A DNA stretch of 63,581 nucleotides, the filler included, from Octopus bimaculoides (taxonomy: Eukaryota), in assembly GCF_001194135.2 (NCBI RefSeq). It is 6 parts of 6 records of this genome, joined end to end, with 100 filler letters (N's around TTAATTAATTAA, not from the genome) between each part and the next. Parts side by side here need not be neighbours in the genome. Positions count along the whole stretch, not along the records: positions 54,781 to 63,581 come from NC_068981.1; 5 more parts are not named here. The stretch is one strand, 5' to 3'. Every line of letters begins with the position of its first letter. The stretch's first letter is position 1. The position numbers and the translations under genes were made by a program. The notes beneath the pieces were generated by a model. That model searched no databases and had not been told where the DNA came from. It was given only the letters and a program-made list of their open reading frames with translations. This document shows, piece after piece, positions 62,695 through 63,581 of this stretch.

Positions 62695-62844
62695 TAGCTG
62701 TATGGTAAGAAGCTTGCATCCCGACGACATGATTCGGGGTTCAGTCCCACTGCGTGGCACCTTGGACAAGTGTCTTCTACTATAGCCTCGGGCTGACCAA
62801 GGCCTTATGAATGGATTTGATAAGCGGAAACTGAAAGAAGTCCG

Positions 62845-62848
<4 letters not shown>
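62695..62848 (+). mobile_element. SINE family A head, ending in its internal (TG)n
   Basis: gggttcagtcccactgcgtggcaccttggacaagtgtcttctactatagcctcgggctgacc...gaaactgaaagaagtccg. Confidence 0.9.
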
Positions 62849-62901
<53 letters not shown>

Positions 62902-63276
62902 ACTGTGAGTGTGTACGTGTGTAGTATGTGTATGTGTGTTTCGGCAGGGTTGAGGTACAAAAATACGCGGTTAAAAGAAAAAAAATCATTTTCTCTCAAT
63001 TCCTATTTTCTTTCGTGTACTTTAAGGTTCAGTGCGTGAATGTGTGTGTCATTTTGTGTATATATATGTGTGTGTATGCTTGTCTGTACGAATGGATCTG
63101 TGTACGTGTGTGTGTGTGTATGTTTGTGTGCATATGCATATATATGTGCGTGTGTGTATGTATATGTTTGTGTGTAATTGCGTATATGTGTGTGTGTGTG
63201 TGTGTGTGTTTAATTATATATAGCGCAAGAATATAAAATTAGAAAAACAAATATATGAAAATGAAAATAGATGATC

Positions 63277-63313
<37 letters not shown>

Positions 63314-63373
63314 GCAGAGAGACAAAGAGAGAGGAAGAACTAAGATACAAAGAAAGGAAGAAAGAAAGATACA

Positions 63374-63409
<36 letters not shown>

Positions 63410-63517
63410 AGCAATGGCGGAAATATACAGAAAAAAAGGAGACGGTCATTTTTCCAGTTTCAACATAGTGACTATCTAGGCATTAGATGATGATGATGAT
63501 AATAATAACAATAACAC

Positions 63518-63581
<64 letters not shown>

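Overview
AT-rich, microsatellite-saturated eukaryotic draft sequence with roughly 7 kb of N gaps. The SINE repertoire and repeat landscape look like a coleoid cephalopod, probably Octopus (inference). No host gene can be identified with confidence, and most ORF-track entries are microsatellite or gap artefacts. What is supportable is a dense collection of decayed mobile elements: a near-full-length Penelope-like element (PLE) plus a second GIY-YIG fragment; L1/Tx1, R4/Dong, RTE and probable HERO LINE pieces; mariner, Chapaev3-like and MITE remnants; an LTR remnant primed by tRNA-Trp; and about 25 tRNA-derived SINE copies built from shuffled head/core/tail modules. My family labels A-G and tail labels are working names only. 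Highlights: (1) minimal type I hammerhead ribozymes of the PLE type, two near-intact and two decayed; (2) LINE ends repeatedly abutting (TATC)n or (TATG/TACA)n tracts in consistent orientation; (3) a MITE with an 8-bp TSD, a telomere-repeat palindrome and 215 bp shared with nearby DNA; (4) two phase-compatible candidate exons that both encode FSGR, resembling an amidated-peptide precursor; (5) an almost complete tRNA-Trp copy in iterated PBS/LTR-end units. Many element boundaries are approximate, and family assignments come from motif recall, not database searches.
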